Origin: the human T2T-CHM13v2.0 reference genome, Homo sapiens
Length of the DNA: 64,000 bases
NCBI RefSeq assembly: GCF_009914755.1
Contig: NC_060928.1
Strand: one strand, 5' to 3'
Below are positions 26,040-40,278 of this stretch, piece after piece. The notes below the pieces were generated by a model. The model saw only the letters and a program-made list of their open reading frames with translations. It had not been told where the DNA came from and made no database searches. Made by a program: the position numbers and the translations under genes. Each line of letters starts with the position of its first letter. Position 1 is the first letter of the stretch.

Positions 26040-26512
26040 GCTGTTGTGGAAGATTTTGCAGCAATGACTTTTAATTAGACATTTATCATGTAGTTTGCTT
26101 TGGTCAATGGGCAACAGCAAACATGGAACAAGAATAGACTTGTTAAAGTGCTTGCACATTGGAACTTGGCTTCCCTGGCTGCTCGGTGAACTCTGAAAGT
26201 GCCCTGGGAGCTAGCCTAGGCTAGTATGCTGAATGAAAACAAAGAAGTGGACCAGTAATTTTCATCTTCCAGGACGACGGGTGTCCAGCAACCAGACATA
26301 TGAAGTGACATCACCTGGGACCAGCAAGCCTCCAGCCAAACTGTCAACTGATTGCATAAACATAAATAATCCCAGGTGAGCTTAACCCAGATTAAAAGAA
26401 TCGGTAAGATGAGTCCAGACCAGTGCCAACCTGCAAAATTATGAGGCAGATGGATGATTGTTCCTTTGAGCCACTAAATTTGATTGACTTGTTACACAGG
26501 AACAGATAACCA
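26040..26512 (+). mobile_element. MaLR solo LTR (MLT1-type)
   Basis: 'ttgctttggtcaatggg' and 3' end 'ttgagccactaaattt...ttgttacacaggaacagataac'. Confidence 0.7.
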
Positions 26513-26545
26513 TGTATCTCCCAACATTTTTTAAAAAATGCATTT

Positions 26546-26873
26546 GTTCATGTCCTTTGTAGGGACATGGATAAAGCTGGAAACCATCATTCTCAGCAAA
26601 CTATCGCAAGGACAAAAAACCAAACACCGCATGTTCTCACTCATAGGTGGGAATTGAACAGTGAGAACACTTAGACACAGGGTGGGGAACATCACACACC
26701 GGGGCCTGTTGTTGGGTGGGGGGAGGGGGGAGGGATAGCATTAGGAGATAAACCTAATGTAAATGACGAGTTAACCAGTGCAGCACACCAACATGGCACA
26801 TGTATACATATGTAACAAACCTGCACGATGTGCACATGTATCCTAGAACTTAAAGTATAATAATTAAAAAAAA
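26546..26873 (+). mobile_element. Young L1PA 3' end, 5'-truncated
   Basis: Near-consensus L1PA 3' UTR ending 'agaacttaaagtataataa' plus poly-A. TSD aaaaaat(g)catttgtt on both sides. Confidence 0.95.
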
Positions 26874-28759
26874 TCATTTGTTGACTGGCTGAAGACAAAA
26901 ATATATAGGAAATAAAGAAAGAATGAGAATAGGGATTAAGGAAAGACTGTGGTTGGGGGAGAAAAGATGAATGAGAAGAAAGATAGATTTCTTTCCCGGT
27001 TTCTCAATATTTTCTTAAGAATAATCAGAAGAACACATATTTGCCATCACTTTCAACTTGCTCTGGATAAATTAGCACTCCAATACAGAAATGCCAAATA
27101 TATTAATTTAGGGGAATAGAGATGATAGCTAGGGGAGAGAAAACTCTCAAAGAACACCTTGGAAAGGATTTGTGTTAAATACATCAGGAATGTGATTTAA
27201 CATTTAAGAGCATTTTACTATCATTCATTAGTGTAGATAACCTACCTCATTTGTCTAGGAACTCATTGGCAAAATTGAATGTCATGGTAATAATAGAAAG
27301 ATCAGTATGCCAATTGGTGCAACATTAATCTGGAAGAGAGCAGGGAAATTTAAATAGGAAAGATGATCTGTACTGTCACACTAGCATATACGTATTTCTG
27401 GATTAATAGTAGATATATTTCAACCTTCCCTAGGGTAACTTGGCATTATAGAAGGACAAAAAAGGAGATTCATAGGGCTTCATTGTATGTTTTGTGAGCA
27501 ATTGATTATTCAGTCTCCACACTGACAAAAATATGTTTTCTGGCTTTAAAATATAACCTTGTTCTTGATGCAATGTGCCTTGGAAGACTAAAAGACAGAC
27601 TGAGAATGAAATTTAGTTTGCAGTAAAATGAAAGATTGTAAACACAGAAATTGTACAATTCAGTGGTGGTTTTCTCTTGGAATAATGAGAGATTATAGAT
27701 GAAGATCAGTCACAATTGCTTCACTTCGCTGTTGTCTCTCATTGTCCCAGTCTCATTTTGGAAAAATATTAAAAAGTTCAAAATTTTAGAAATGTGAGCA
27801 TATGTTGAACAAATTATGACAAACTAATACATAACTTTTAAGCAAATATAATAGAATTTATATTACTAAAATTGTATCAATTTTTAAAATGATTACTTCA
27901 AAAGACTACATAATTATTTTAATCATGTTGCTGTTACTTATAGAATATATTGTCTAGAATTGCTTTTAGAACCCCAAGTTCAAGTTCTGCATTGTTTGCC
28001 AGTTATTTATAAAAATAAAGCTTCTATGCAACATACTGTCATGTAAATGAACATATACCATCTTATTGATTGAACTAGTGGTCAAAACAATTTTGCAAGT
28101 ACCTCCTACCATGCATTAAAGAAGCTCTTCCGTTAATGACAATGTGTAGTTGACCTCAGAGTTTCCTCTTAGGATTCTTTTTATCTGTAGCAGGAAGTAG
28201 TAGTAGCACTGCATATCCATGATTACTATTCATCAATGCCCAATTCCCCCAATAAAAAGCACTGATAGTGATAACCATTCTCCAACAACAAGCTATCACC
28301 TAGATTCTCCAGTTTCAACTTGGATCCTTCGTCTTTTGACCACAAATTCTCATAATGGCTTTCCTTCTATTTGACACATTTGCTGCACTTTACCAACTTC
28401 GCAAAATATACAAGGGAGGAGGTGAAAATAAATTTCCTGCCACTACTATTGGAGATAAAGTAAAAGGAGCATGATTTTCAAAGTCAAACAAACTTGCATT
28501 CAAATCCTGTGTTAGCCACCTGCTTCATCATCTCATACCTGCTTCGAAATGCTGGAGTGAGTTTTATAAATAGTGTCTTTAATTTGCATGAAAATTTGTG
28601 ACCAAATGACTTCATAACTTTGTAATATCCAACAAAAAGAACCAAAGATGATAAACAAAATAAGCATTAAAATGCATAATATAGAAAAGAACAATCCACA
28701 AATCATAATGGAAAAACGAATATTGAGATTTTTAACAATTTTACCTTACTTACTGGCTT

Positions 28760-29128
28760 CAAGCTAGTGGCTTGTACTCTAGAAGAATGAAGAGTAGAAG
28801 TCAGGGAAAAAATGGATTACTTCTACTCCATTCTTTCTGCTTTAAGGTGGCATCGCTGGCAGTGGCTGCATCTCCTCCAGGGTTCCAGCTACATCCAGAC
28901 CAAATAGCTCCTGCCTTAATACCTACAGGACTCTGAAAACACCAACTCTTCTGTGTCTCTATCTAGTCCTACAGGAGGTACAGTCTTTCTGCTTTTGCTG
29001 GTTCTGGGCTGCCTCACCATCCCGCTTGATCTTTCTATTCTGTCTCCTTATAAATAGTTCTCATATTATATTCCCTACATTGAACTCTGGCGTGGGTTCT
29101 GCTTTCTTGATCAAACTCTGGATAGCAC
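28760..29128 (+). mobile_element. ERVL LTR33/LTR16-like fragment
   Basis: 'ttctgcttttgctggttctgggctgcctcaccatccc' and 3' 'ggttctgctttcttgatcaaactctgg'. Confidence 0.55.
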
Positions 29129-29129
29129 A

Positions 29130-30620
29130 ACAATTAGAACACAATGTTATTGGCACAGGAATAGACAGTTTGGCAGAAAAAGACCACATATACATAAACA
29201 TTTGTGACAGAGTCAGCATTGTAAGTCAGTAAGAAAAATCTCAACTGTATAATAAATTCATTTGGGAATAAATAATTTATCACATTCAGAAAGTATGAAA
29301 TTAGTTTTTTAACTCACAGTATGCATACAGATTTTCTACAATATAAAAGACAGAAAAGTGAAATACAATGTCAATATTTTAAATGAAAAATACAGAAATA
29401 GACATGTATAATTTATATATAGAAAGGAATTTATTCAATTAGTGAAAAAAATAGAAGATTGATAAAATTCTAATATTGACATTTTATTGTGTCAGAAAAT
29501 ACACAAAGGAAGTTTTAAAATAAAAGAAAAGAAATGATAGAAATAATTTGGCATCAATAATATATAAAGAATATCCAAAATTTATTCATATAAAATGAAT
29601 TGAAAATGTAAAAAAAATTATGAACTGTCAGTTCACAAAATGGTCGATTCAAATGCCAGATAAAATGTGAAATGATATTTCACTCTACCCATAATCTAGG
29701 GCATATAACTTAAAAGAGAAACAGGCCGGGCGCGGTGGCACAAGCCTGTAGTCCCAGCACTTTGGGAGGCCGAGGCGGGTGGATCACGAGGTCAGGAGAT
29801 CGAGACCACCCTGGCTAACATGGTGAAATCCTGTCTCTACTAAAAATACATAAAATTAGCCGGGCTTGGTGGTGGGCGCCTGTAGTCCCAGCTACTCAGG
29901 AGGCTGAGGCAGGAGAATGGCGTGAACCCGGGAGGCAGAGCTTGCAGTGAGCAAAGATAACGCCCCTTGCACTCCAGTCTGGGAGACAGAGCAAGACTCC
30001 ATCTCAAAAAAAAAAAAAAAAAGAAAGAAAAAAATTTTTTAATCAAGTTTCGGAAAAGTATATATTTTAACACTTGTAGTATATACTGTGAGCAAGAATA
30101 GGAGAATATGGGGAACAGGGAACTTGTATTTTTGCTGGTGAAATACAATTTGTTACAATCAGTTTAGAAAGATATTCAGCAATGGTTAACAAAATTAAAG
30201 ATATATGTATCCTGGGACCTAGTGATTCTACTAGAGGCATACAATTTTAAAAATATTGTATTTGCACAAGGAAGCTCACACAATTTCACTATAGTATGGT
30301 TGTAATGGAGAAGAATTGGAAACATCTTGCATTTACACGAAAAGAAAAATGGAAATACATTGCACATGTATGTGTTTTATATAGCAGTAAAAATGAATAA
30401 TTAAATCTTTATAAACCTAGATTAATATTCTAAAAATATAAATTTAATAAAAAGACTGAAGTATAAAAAGATATATTTAGATGTTAGCATTAGGGTAGAT
30501 TTTGAAAAGACAGTATATTTTTTAAATATAAATTTGTAATAAATGTATAATAGTAATATTAGTAAAGTGTACACATTAAATTAAAAGTACTATTGACTGT
30601 TGGATTGCAAGGAGAGGAAA
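29130..30620 (+). mobile_element. Very old L1M (L1ME-like) ORF2/3' remnant interrupted by AluY
   Basis: 'ttggcacaggaatagaca', 'gggaacagggaactt...ttgctggtg', 'gacctagtgattctact'. Confidence 0.55.
29724..30033 (+). mobile_element. AluY
   Basis: Y diagnostics 'gatcacgaggtcaggagatcgagacc', 'ggagaatggcgtgaacccggg', 'gagcttgcagtgag', plus poly-A. Confidence 0.95.
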
Positions 30621-33361
30621 TGAGGCTAGATTAAAGGTCTTTAATTGTGTTGATCCTCTTATATCTGTCTAAAAATACATAGAAAAATATGGAAATTTTA
30701 ATATTTTAATAATATCTGTATATTTTACATGTAATAAAATTAACTTAAAATTATGAAATATATCTTATATTAGTATAATATAGTTATTAATATAAGCAAG
30801 TTTATATTAATATATTAATATAGCCAATATTATAGAAACAGAAAAAGAATTTTAATTTTTTTTCAGGGTTTAACAAATTTTCTGAGTAAAGGTATTATGA
30901 GTCCATATTAATTTTCTACTGTGCTTTTCTCTATTTTATAATACGTTAAAAATAATATTATCTTTTTTTGCAATAAGTTACAACTAATTTCACAAAAATG
31001 TTAATGATCTCAAAGGGCATTAATAGATATTTAATACGGTTTTACAGTAAATAATACTAACCATTTATTTTCTATGCATTTTAATGTAGCCTTAAAGTAT
31101 GTCTCTAGCTGAAATTATACATATAATTTACAAGTAGAAATCTGTTGAAATCAGTTGATAGAGCATGTCTGTCTTGATTGTTTCCTATAAATGAATAGAT
31201 TTGCTTATAGACTTTTTTTGTAACAATGATGGATAGCAAATACGGTCAAATGCAATAGCATACTGCAGTTACATCATTAATTTACCCTCTCCAAATACAT
31301 TATGACTTCTAATTATACATATGTATTTCATAATGACACTGGTATCAGTTTTAATAATGCTTGGTAGATCTTTAGCTAATTAGATGTTTTTAGCTATTTC
31401 CTGATTAGAAAAATCCTTTCCAAATAAAAGTTGCATTAGTAGGAATAATTTAAAAAATGTGTTTTATTGTGCTGGGGATTATGACAAAAAATATGTGCTT
31501 GTCTAAATTATTTGGTGTCTCTCTTCCCCTGGGTTTTAAGAAATTCTCTTATTAAAATAGAATTTATTTGCACATCTTATAGCATTTACAAAAATAAATC
31601 TACTTTGGAGGTATTTCTGAATTAATTTAAATAGATTTTGTGCTAAAGAAATTTTTCCACACTGAAATGAATTGCATCAAATGAAAATATTTTATAATGC
31701 TGCCCTCTCTAATTATAGTATTTTCCTCTAGAATTTTAGCTCAACAAGATCTCATGCTGGGCTTAAATGGATTGCCTAAATTATAGTTATATCATTTTCT
31801 CTTAGTAATGTTTAAAAAGTTTCTTTTGTGATTTTCTTTCATTGTTTGTAGCTACATATTTTTTAAGAAATCATCAAAATGTATATATGTTTTTGCATGT
31901 TAAAGCCGAAACCTTGATATTCACTCGACCAGTTATACAATTTTGAGCCACTGATTTCCAGTTGTTGTACTTGATGAACAGACAAGAAACACAAAGCAAA
32001 ATAAAAATTAGACTATATTTCCTAGACAGTAATGTTGAAATGCTTTATCTTATCATCAGAAATTCATTTGGGACTTAGTAATACATTAGATACTAGGCTG
32101 AATATTGTGGAGTCAAAGAGAACATGCAGATATGGTTCCTGCCCTGTTTCTAGCTGACATTGACTCTTTTGAAATATATTATAAAAATAATTTTTAAAAA
32201 AGTTTTATTCCTGTCATATAAATGGGGTTCACAGCTTTAGTTACGAGGTAGTCATTTGAAATAATTGATACAGTTAATTGAAATCGGAGTTGGTATGTTA
32301 AAATCAACTCTTCCACTATTTCTCAAAAATTAATTTGCAAATTAGTTTTCCCATACTGACTATGCCAAAATTAGGTTTTGTGCTTACCCTTGAATAGGCA
32401 CTCACCAAATACAATCTTTCTTATGATTCTTAAACTTATCTAGGTTTATATGATCATCACCACTGGAATTACAAAGTTGGAGATCATGGCTCTTGTTCTT
32501 ATAAGATTTTATGTATTTTTAATTTTAAATTGATTGTGGGTTATACTTGAGATGAGGCTTCAGGTAAACACAGAATTTTAATTGATGGTGTGCGTGAAGT
32601 ATAGGTGGAGTGACAATATGAATGAATGTGAGCATAAAACAAATTATGCATGAAAATATTAGAAAATTAGTTTTCTTGCCTTAGGCAATAGCTAGGATAA
32701 AATGAAAACTGTGTATAAAATAAGTCTGCACTAAATGTTTTCTAGTGGCAAATTGAGGAGTATGGCATTGGCTTCACATAATCAGTAATGATTCTTGAGC
32801 TAGGTAGCAATGTGATAAAGATGTCAGTATAACAAGGACAATCTGGAACAAAAGTACTTAAAATTGGTGCAGGCTTTCAAGCAATTTGATATGTGAAAAT
32901 TTTGGTATTCGGCATGGCTTTTGCTTCAGTAATTCCACTTCAAACAACTTATTTTTCAGAAACAATCAGCTCAAATTTTAAGCTATTAGATAACAGTCAA
33001 AGCATTGCTTCTATTGCTGAATCATTTAAATCACCTAATAATGGCAGATTTACTAAATGTATTATAGTAAGTCATCTAAGTAGTATGATTTGTGACCATT
33101 AAATAGCTCTGAGGGAGGGTGCTTAATGATATTGGAAAAAAATTGTGAATGAAAGGAGGGAATTACAAAGTATTGGCTGTAGTGTTTATAGTTTCTATGA
33201 AATGTATGTATTCCAATCTGTTCATAGCACAGATGTTCATAGGAGAGTTTGGAAAGTTTCATACACACATGTTGAAAAACTAGTTCTTTGTGTTTATATT
33301 TTATAGACTTTTTGGTTGGAATATGCTTTATTTTAATAATAATTAAAAAACAGTCATCATC

Positions 33362-33695
<334 letters not shown>

Positions 33696-34277
33696 AAAAA
33701 GCAGTCATCTTTAAAGGAAATATCAGGCAGGAGTGTGTGGAATGCAGTCTAGTAAGGTGAAAATTCAGCTACATGCTGGAATAAAGTGAAGAAGAGTACA
33801 CTAAAAATTGTGGCTATGATAGAAAGTTGTGAGTCCTAGTGATCTGTTAGTGTGTTACTGAATTGAGGCACATGATGAAATCATGGAATATAGGGAATAG
33901 CTTTGTTGTTGTTCATGTTGTTCTTCTTGTTGTTTGTGTTGTTTTAGTTAAAATTTCTTGATGTATCCAGTTTAAAGAAAAATATAAATTTCAACTAACA
34001 GGTAAATATTGACTTAAGCCCTATATATGGGGCAAAAATATTTCTTACCTGTATAAATTAACACATGGTTACTTGGGTTTTTAGAACACAATAGAAACAA
34101 TCTACTTTCTTTTTTATCTTATTTGTATATATTGGTGGTTTGGAAATATTTAAGGCTGAGTCGAGACATATGACATATAATAATATAAATTGAAATTAGA
34201 AGAGGCAAAGAAAAAGTAGGGTAGGGCCTTATAATACCACTAAAAGTGAGGGTACTGCAAGAAAACAAAAACCCATA

Positions 34278-36100
34278 CAGTTTACCCTTGAATAACATGG
34301 TTGTGAGAGGCGCCAAGCTCCTTGCACACTCAAAAATTCTCATATAACTTTTGACTTCCCAAAGCCTTAACTACTAATAACCTCACTGCTCCCTGGAAGC
34401 CTTATCTATAACGAAAGCGTCAATTAACAATTATTTTGTATGTCGTACGTATTATATACTGTATTCTTACAATGAAGAAAGCAAAAAAAGGCGTACACAC
34501 AGCCCACAATCAAGCGAAAAAAACCTCAACATCACTGCTCGTTAGAGAAATGCAAATCAAAACCAAAATAAGATCATATCTCATGCCAGTCAGAATGACT
34601 ATTATTAAAAAAAAAAAAAGTCAAAAAGTAACAGATGCTGGTGAGGATGTGGAGAAAAAAGAACAGTGCTTATACACTGTTGGTCAGTGTGTAAATTAGT
34701 TCAACCATTGTGGAAGACAGTGTGGTGATTCCTCAAAGACCTAAAGACAGAAATGTGATTCAACCCAGCAATTCCATTACTGAGTATATACCCAAAGGAA
34801 TATAAATCATTCTGTTATAAAGACACATGCACACATATGTTCATTGCTGTGCTATTCACAATAGCAAAGACATGAAATCCAAAATCCACCTAAATGGCCA
34901 TCAAAGATAGACTGCATAAAGAAAACGTAGTACATATTCACTCTGGAATACTATGCAGCCATAAAGAAGAATGAGATTATGTCCTTTGTAGAGACAGGAA
35001 TGGTGCTGGAGGCCATTATTCGCAGCAAACTAACGTAGGAACAGAAAACCAAATAATGGCACATTCTCACTTATAAGTGGAAACTAAATGATGAAAAATG
35101 GATGGACTCATAGAGGTGAGAAACACAAACTAGGGCTTCTCAGACTGTAGAAGGTGGGAAGAGAGAGAGGATTAGGAAAAATAACTAATGAACACTAGGG
35201 CTTAATACTTGGATTATGAGTTTACCTATATAACAGACTTGCCCTCCCTGCACATGTACCCTTGAAGTTAAAATAAAAATTAAAAAAAGAATATCATAAG
35301 GAAGAGAGACTATATTTACAATACTTACTTACCAGTATCATAATTTTATGTCATCTGTTTACAAGATAAACCATCTGTCTGAAATGGGGGCAACCATAGC
35401 TGCAGACCTGAATCTATGGTACATATTAAGCAATTCGCCTTTTTCTTTGAATGTCAACACTTTCCTCTGAACTTTGGGAACATTTCCAGCATCATTACCT
35501 GCATGTTATAGGGCTCTTATGTGTTATTTAAGCTTTACGGTATTGCACTAACAATGGAAAATACTTGAGAACCGCAAGAGATGACATCTTACTGCAATAG
35601 CAATTTACTGGAATGGCTGACCGCTCACTTGGATATGATTAGCATCACACAGCATATTAGTGGATACTTCCAATGCCTGAGCTCACTGTAATAGCAACAG
35701 GTGATGGCTATGAAATTAGTACAGTAGACAGTATGTATTACAGTTCATTTTATTCTGATATGATTTAATACTGTATCTTTTTGTTTACATTCTATTGCAA
35801 ATGGCACCACGTATGCTCTGTGTTTGTGTAAGTTTTGATAAATGGTAATTTTTTATTATAAATCTGTGTATATTTTATGGTAGTAAATTATAAAATAGAC
35901 TAGTATACATATACATTTTATGCATACATGATATATCTAACATTTTCTTAATTTTTAAACTATTTCTAGGCCTTACAGTTTGTCTAAGTTTTGTCAAATT
36001 GTTGAAAATCTCCAAAAGATTTTCTAATATATTTATTGAAAAAGATCCACATATCAGTAGATCCACACAGTTCAAACCTGTGCTGGTCAAGGGTCAACTG
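34278..36100 (-). mobile_element. Tigger2-family (Tigger2b-like) TcMar non-autonomous DNA transposon, interrupted by L1
   Basis: TIRs cagtttacccttgaa (34278) and gtcaagggtcaactg (36100), each flanked by TA. About 1 kb long after removing the L1. Confidence 0.88.
34490..35289 (+). mobile_element. LINE-1 3' end (older L1PA/L1PB) nested in Tigger2
   Basis: ORF 34436-34699 contains an L1 ORF2 C-terminal-like peptide (REMQIKTKIRSYLMPVRM). Ends 'aaaataaaaattaaaaaaa'. Confidence 0.92.
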
Positions 36101-37789
36101 TATACGTGTGATTACTAGAATACAAATTTTGTCTTTACAATCCCATGAATTTTATTAGTAAAGAGGAAATTGATGATGATTGCAAAGTATCTAATACCTA
36201 TAATATCAAAAGGTTTGTTAGTTTAGAGAGACAATATTAGACTTTATTTTACTTATGAGTAATCACAAAAATCAAATTATATAATACAATTAACATTATC
36301 CTCAACAATATTTCATATAATATCACAAGGATTTGCAAGTCTGTTTTCTATAGCACCATTTGCGAGCAACATATACCCCCAAATCAGTTCAATTCCGTAA
36401 CTGGAGGTCCTTGTATGTGCATTGAAGGAGTTTTGGTGCCAGAAAAAATAAAAGAAAGATTATTAAAAGATCTAGATATAAATGTCCTGCTTTTAAGGAT
36501 TAAATTGTTAATTTTAGAGAATTTAGTGGAATAGCTTTCCCCATATATTGTTTCTTAAATTATAACTATTTTGCATTGCTCATTAAAAAATGAACCAAAA
36601 TACTTTTTTGCTACTGAATAAAACATAAAAAAATTAACATGCTGCTTATAATAGAGTGAGAGGAATCTATTACAAAATAACTAATTTATTACTCACCTCC
36701 CCCTGTTACTGATAACTTGACCATTTCAATTCCCTACTTCATGATTTTTATCATTCATTGTTGAGTTGGAGATTTCGTGTTCAGGCAATTAATCCTTAAT
36801 ATGGAAGAAAAGTTGTCTAAATATTTCCCAAAAGATTATCTATTTTAGAGATGATAAGATGGAAACAATAAATATAAGAGCTTAAATAATTATTGATATA
36901 AAATTCAGTCCTACGTTAAAAAATTTTTATTACTATATGTATTTAAATAATTAGATGTGTATATATTGTTGTTTATTTTAGTTTATATTCTTGCCCAGAT
37001 GTGAACATAAATATTTGAATGCCTGTCTTCTAGATTACATAGACGATAATCTGAGGCTGATTATTTTAGTTTCAAGAAGCAATGTGTTTAATAAGAAAAG
37101 GGTTTTGAGTTTGATTCTCCTATACTTTAGTTTCATTACACATTACACCCTTTGCCATGGCCATACACCTTATGAATGAACTCCTTATTTCTGAGAGACA
37201 TCAATAGAGAGAGGAGATAAATTAATGTAGACAAACAGCCCAATTATTCAAAGATTATGCCATTTTCTGGAAATTATTAGTAAGTAAATGAGGAAAAAAA
37301 TCCAAGGATGTCTAAAATAAAGTGTTGCAGAATAAGAAAAATGCAAATACAGAGGGAAGTTGGAATAGCATAACATTAAAATGTTTACATACTTTCTGGA
37401 TACTGCATTAGCCCTCCGAAGTGGTTTCTGTTCCTACTAGTTAAGGAAGGGATTGCCAACAGTTTATTAAAAATTTATCCTCCTTTTCTCTGGTATGGAT
37501 TTGTTCTTAGGAACAAGTTATTCAATTTTGTATTTGTTTCCCAATACTTTTGTTTCTTTCTAGGTTCTCCTGTGGAAAGTGAGCTCTGAGTTGAGCCACA
37601 AATGGAAAAAGCTGTGATCCTAAATCACCATATCAAGAAAAAACATCTATTCTTTTCTATTGTTATCCAAACCATTTATTACCTTTATTACTTATTTATT
37701 GCCTTTATGCTTTTCAGATGGGATAAACTTTCCCCCCAGGAGACGTTAATAATGCTTTTAGCTTTCATTTTTTGTTTTCTCCCTTCCAT

Positions 37790-37927
37790 AGGGAAGGGCA
37801 TTCTACTATCTAGAGGGTTAATCCAGAGTTTCTGTTAACATGCTCTAGTACTCAGGACATGCCCCCACCACACCAAATAATTATTTGGCTCCAAATATCA
37901 ATAATGCTGACACTGAGAGACACTGCT
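37790..37927 (+). mobile_element. MER20 fragment (hAT)
   Basis: 'caggacatgccccc...aataattatttggctccaaatatcaataatgctgacactgaga'. Confidence 0.6.
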
Positions 37928-38975
37928 TTATAATTTAATTTTTAATTTTGCATATATTCTGTCTTTTCTTAAGTGTCTAGGATCTATGAAAAAAGGTTTT
38001 TCTTGTATCCTTGGTTCCTAGAACAGTGCCTGGCCTACAAAAGAGGGTCATAGCTAGTAGCTATGAGTTTGTAGATAAATGAATAAATGAGAAATGGTAA
38101 AAATCCCATATAAATATTCCTGGATAATTTCACTTTTGCTCACAGACTGATAGCTCCAGAGGTATTACAAATAAATCTAGACAAAATGTTATATGTGGAA
38201 AATCTCTCAAGAATATCTTAAATACTATTACTTTTATATTTTTTCGAAGGAAATAGCTTTAAAAATTATGATATTTATAACAAAATGCAAATAAGCAAAA
38301 AAGCTATGTTTGTGACAAGTAACACACCACAGCAGAAGTTTTGTTTCAGATATTCCTGTGCTTCGCTGAAGTTTTATCCCTTCTCTGAAGGCTTGTCCAA
38401 ATGACTTTTTCTCTTTCTTCTCTGACCTCCTCTAACACTTTACCACTATGTCCTATGTTATTTGTTAGTAGAATTTAGATATTTCCATTTTTAAAGAACA
38501 GCAGCAGTTTTTTTTAAAACACAGATACACATTGTCACACTAGTGATAGGAATTTTCAATTGAATGCACTGAAGAAAAAACATCAGAGCAACAATTTAGT
38601 AATAGCAGGTCTCATTTTAATTTTTCATAAAGTACATATACTTTAAATTTAGTCATCCCTTAGAATTACATTTAGGATTGCAAACTTTATGTGAACATTC
38701 TATTTCAACTTCATTAAATATTTTTAATTCACAAGTAATTGATTTTTCATATTCATTTGGAATAAAGCATCAATGAAAATAGATGCATTATCCTAAAACC
38801 AAATAAGTGTATGAGAACATATTGAAAAGCTTGATTAAAATTAAAATAAAAACTTCGAAACATTAGTAACTGCTTTCAGTATGAAAGATACAATTTAAAT
38901 TCCATTGTTTGATTTTTACCTACCGGTTCATTTCTAAACTTTGTTTTGTTTTTCTCGTGGTATTTTATGTATTAA

Positions 38976-39244
<269 letters not shown>

Positions 39245-39744
39245 TGAGAGAAGAGAGAAAGAGACCCCCCCCATATTGTTTTATATTGTTTTATACTCAG
39301 TATCTGTTTTAAGAAGAAACAAGGAAGCGAAACCAAAGGCAGGCAGCCCAGCGCCAGGCACCAGACCCAAAACCAGACCCAAAACCAGGCCTGGGACTGC
39401 CAGACCTAACCTGGTAGTTAAAATTCAACCCATGACCTAGCAACCAATGTTATCCACAGATTCCAGACATTGTATGGAAGGACATCGTGAAACTTCCCGT
39501 TCGTTGTTTCACTCTTATTACCGGTGCATGCAGCCCCTGTCACATACCCCCTAGATTGCTCAATCAATCACGGCCCTTTCACGTAAAATCTTTAGCATTG
39601 TGAGCCCTTAAAAGGGCCAGAAACTGTGCACTCGAGAAGCTCGGATTTTGAGACGTTAGTCTGCAGATGCTTCCAGCTTATTAAAGCCACTTCCTTCACT
39701 ACCTCGGTGTCTGTGGGGTTTTGTCTGCGGCTCATCCTGCTACA
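39245..39744 (+). promoter_or_regulatory. 5' LTR (LTR2B-like, 500 bp)
   Basis: tgagagaag...cctgctaca. TATA-like cttaaaa ~39607 and ATTAAA 39680-39685. Direct repeat of 47502-47993. Confidence 0.95.
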
Positions 39745-39749
39745 TTTCT

Positions 39750-39767
39750 TGGTTCCCTGACTGGGAA
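39750..39767 (+). promoter_or_regulatory. Primer binding site, tRNA-Glu(CTC)
   Basis: tggttccctgactgggaa versus expected tggttccctgaccgggaa (17/18, one CpG transition). Confidence 0.93.
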
Positions 39768-40006
39768 GCAAGGTGACTGACAGATGGCCAAGGCAGCCCC
39801 TTAGGCAGGTTAGGACTGCCCTGTGGAGCATCCCTGCAGGGGACTCTGGCCCGCCTGAGCGGCACGATCCAAAGAGCTCTCCTGGGTAGGCAATTGCCCC
39901 GGTGGAACACCTCACCAGAGCAGTGCGTGGCAAGCCCTCATGGAGGATCAACACAGTGTCTGAACACCAGGAAAGAACTGGCACTTGGAGTCCGGACATC
40001 TGAAAC

Positions 40007-40015
40007 TTGGTAAGA
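40007..40015 (+). promoter_or_regulatory. Proviral major splice donor
   Basis: ttg|gtaaga in the leader upstream of gag, at the expected HERV-E position. Confidence 0.7.
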
Positions 40016-40278
40016 CTAGTCTTTGTAACTTGCCCACTCCATTTGAATGGAAGCATGGCCTGATCACTCATGGAGTGCCTGTATCTGCACTTTTGTTCTG
40101 GTTTTGACTTGACTTGAATTGTTTGATACTTTGGTTTTGGTTTCGACTTGGCTTGAATTTATTGATACTCTGATTTTGGTTTGGTATAAATGATGAAAGG
40201 GTGTGTGTGCCCTCTTTACCCATTCTTTGTTTTGTGGTGAGTGTGTGGTGTGAGCATGGTATTTTGTCGTTAGAAAAC

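Noticed and set aside
40090-40190. Repeated ttggtttt(g/c)gactt...gaatt units
   Set aside because: Part of the normal HERV-E leader between the splice donor and gag.
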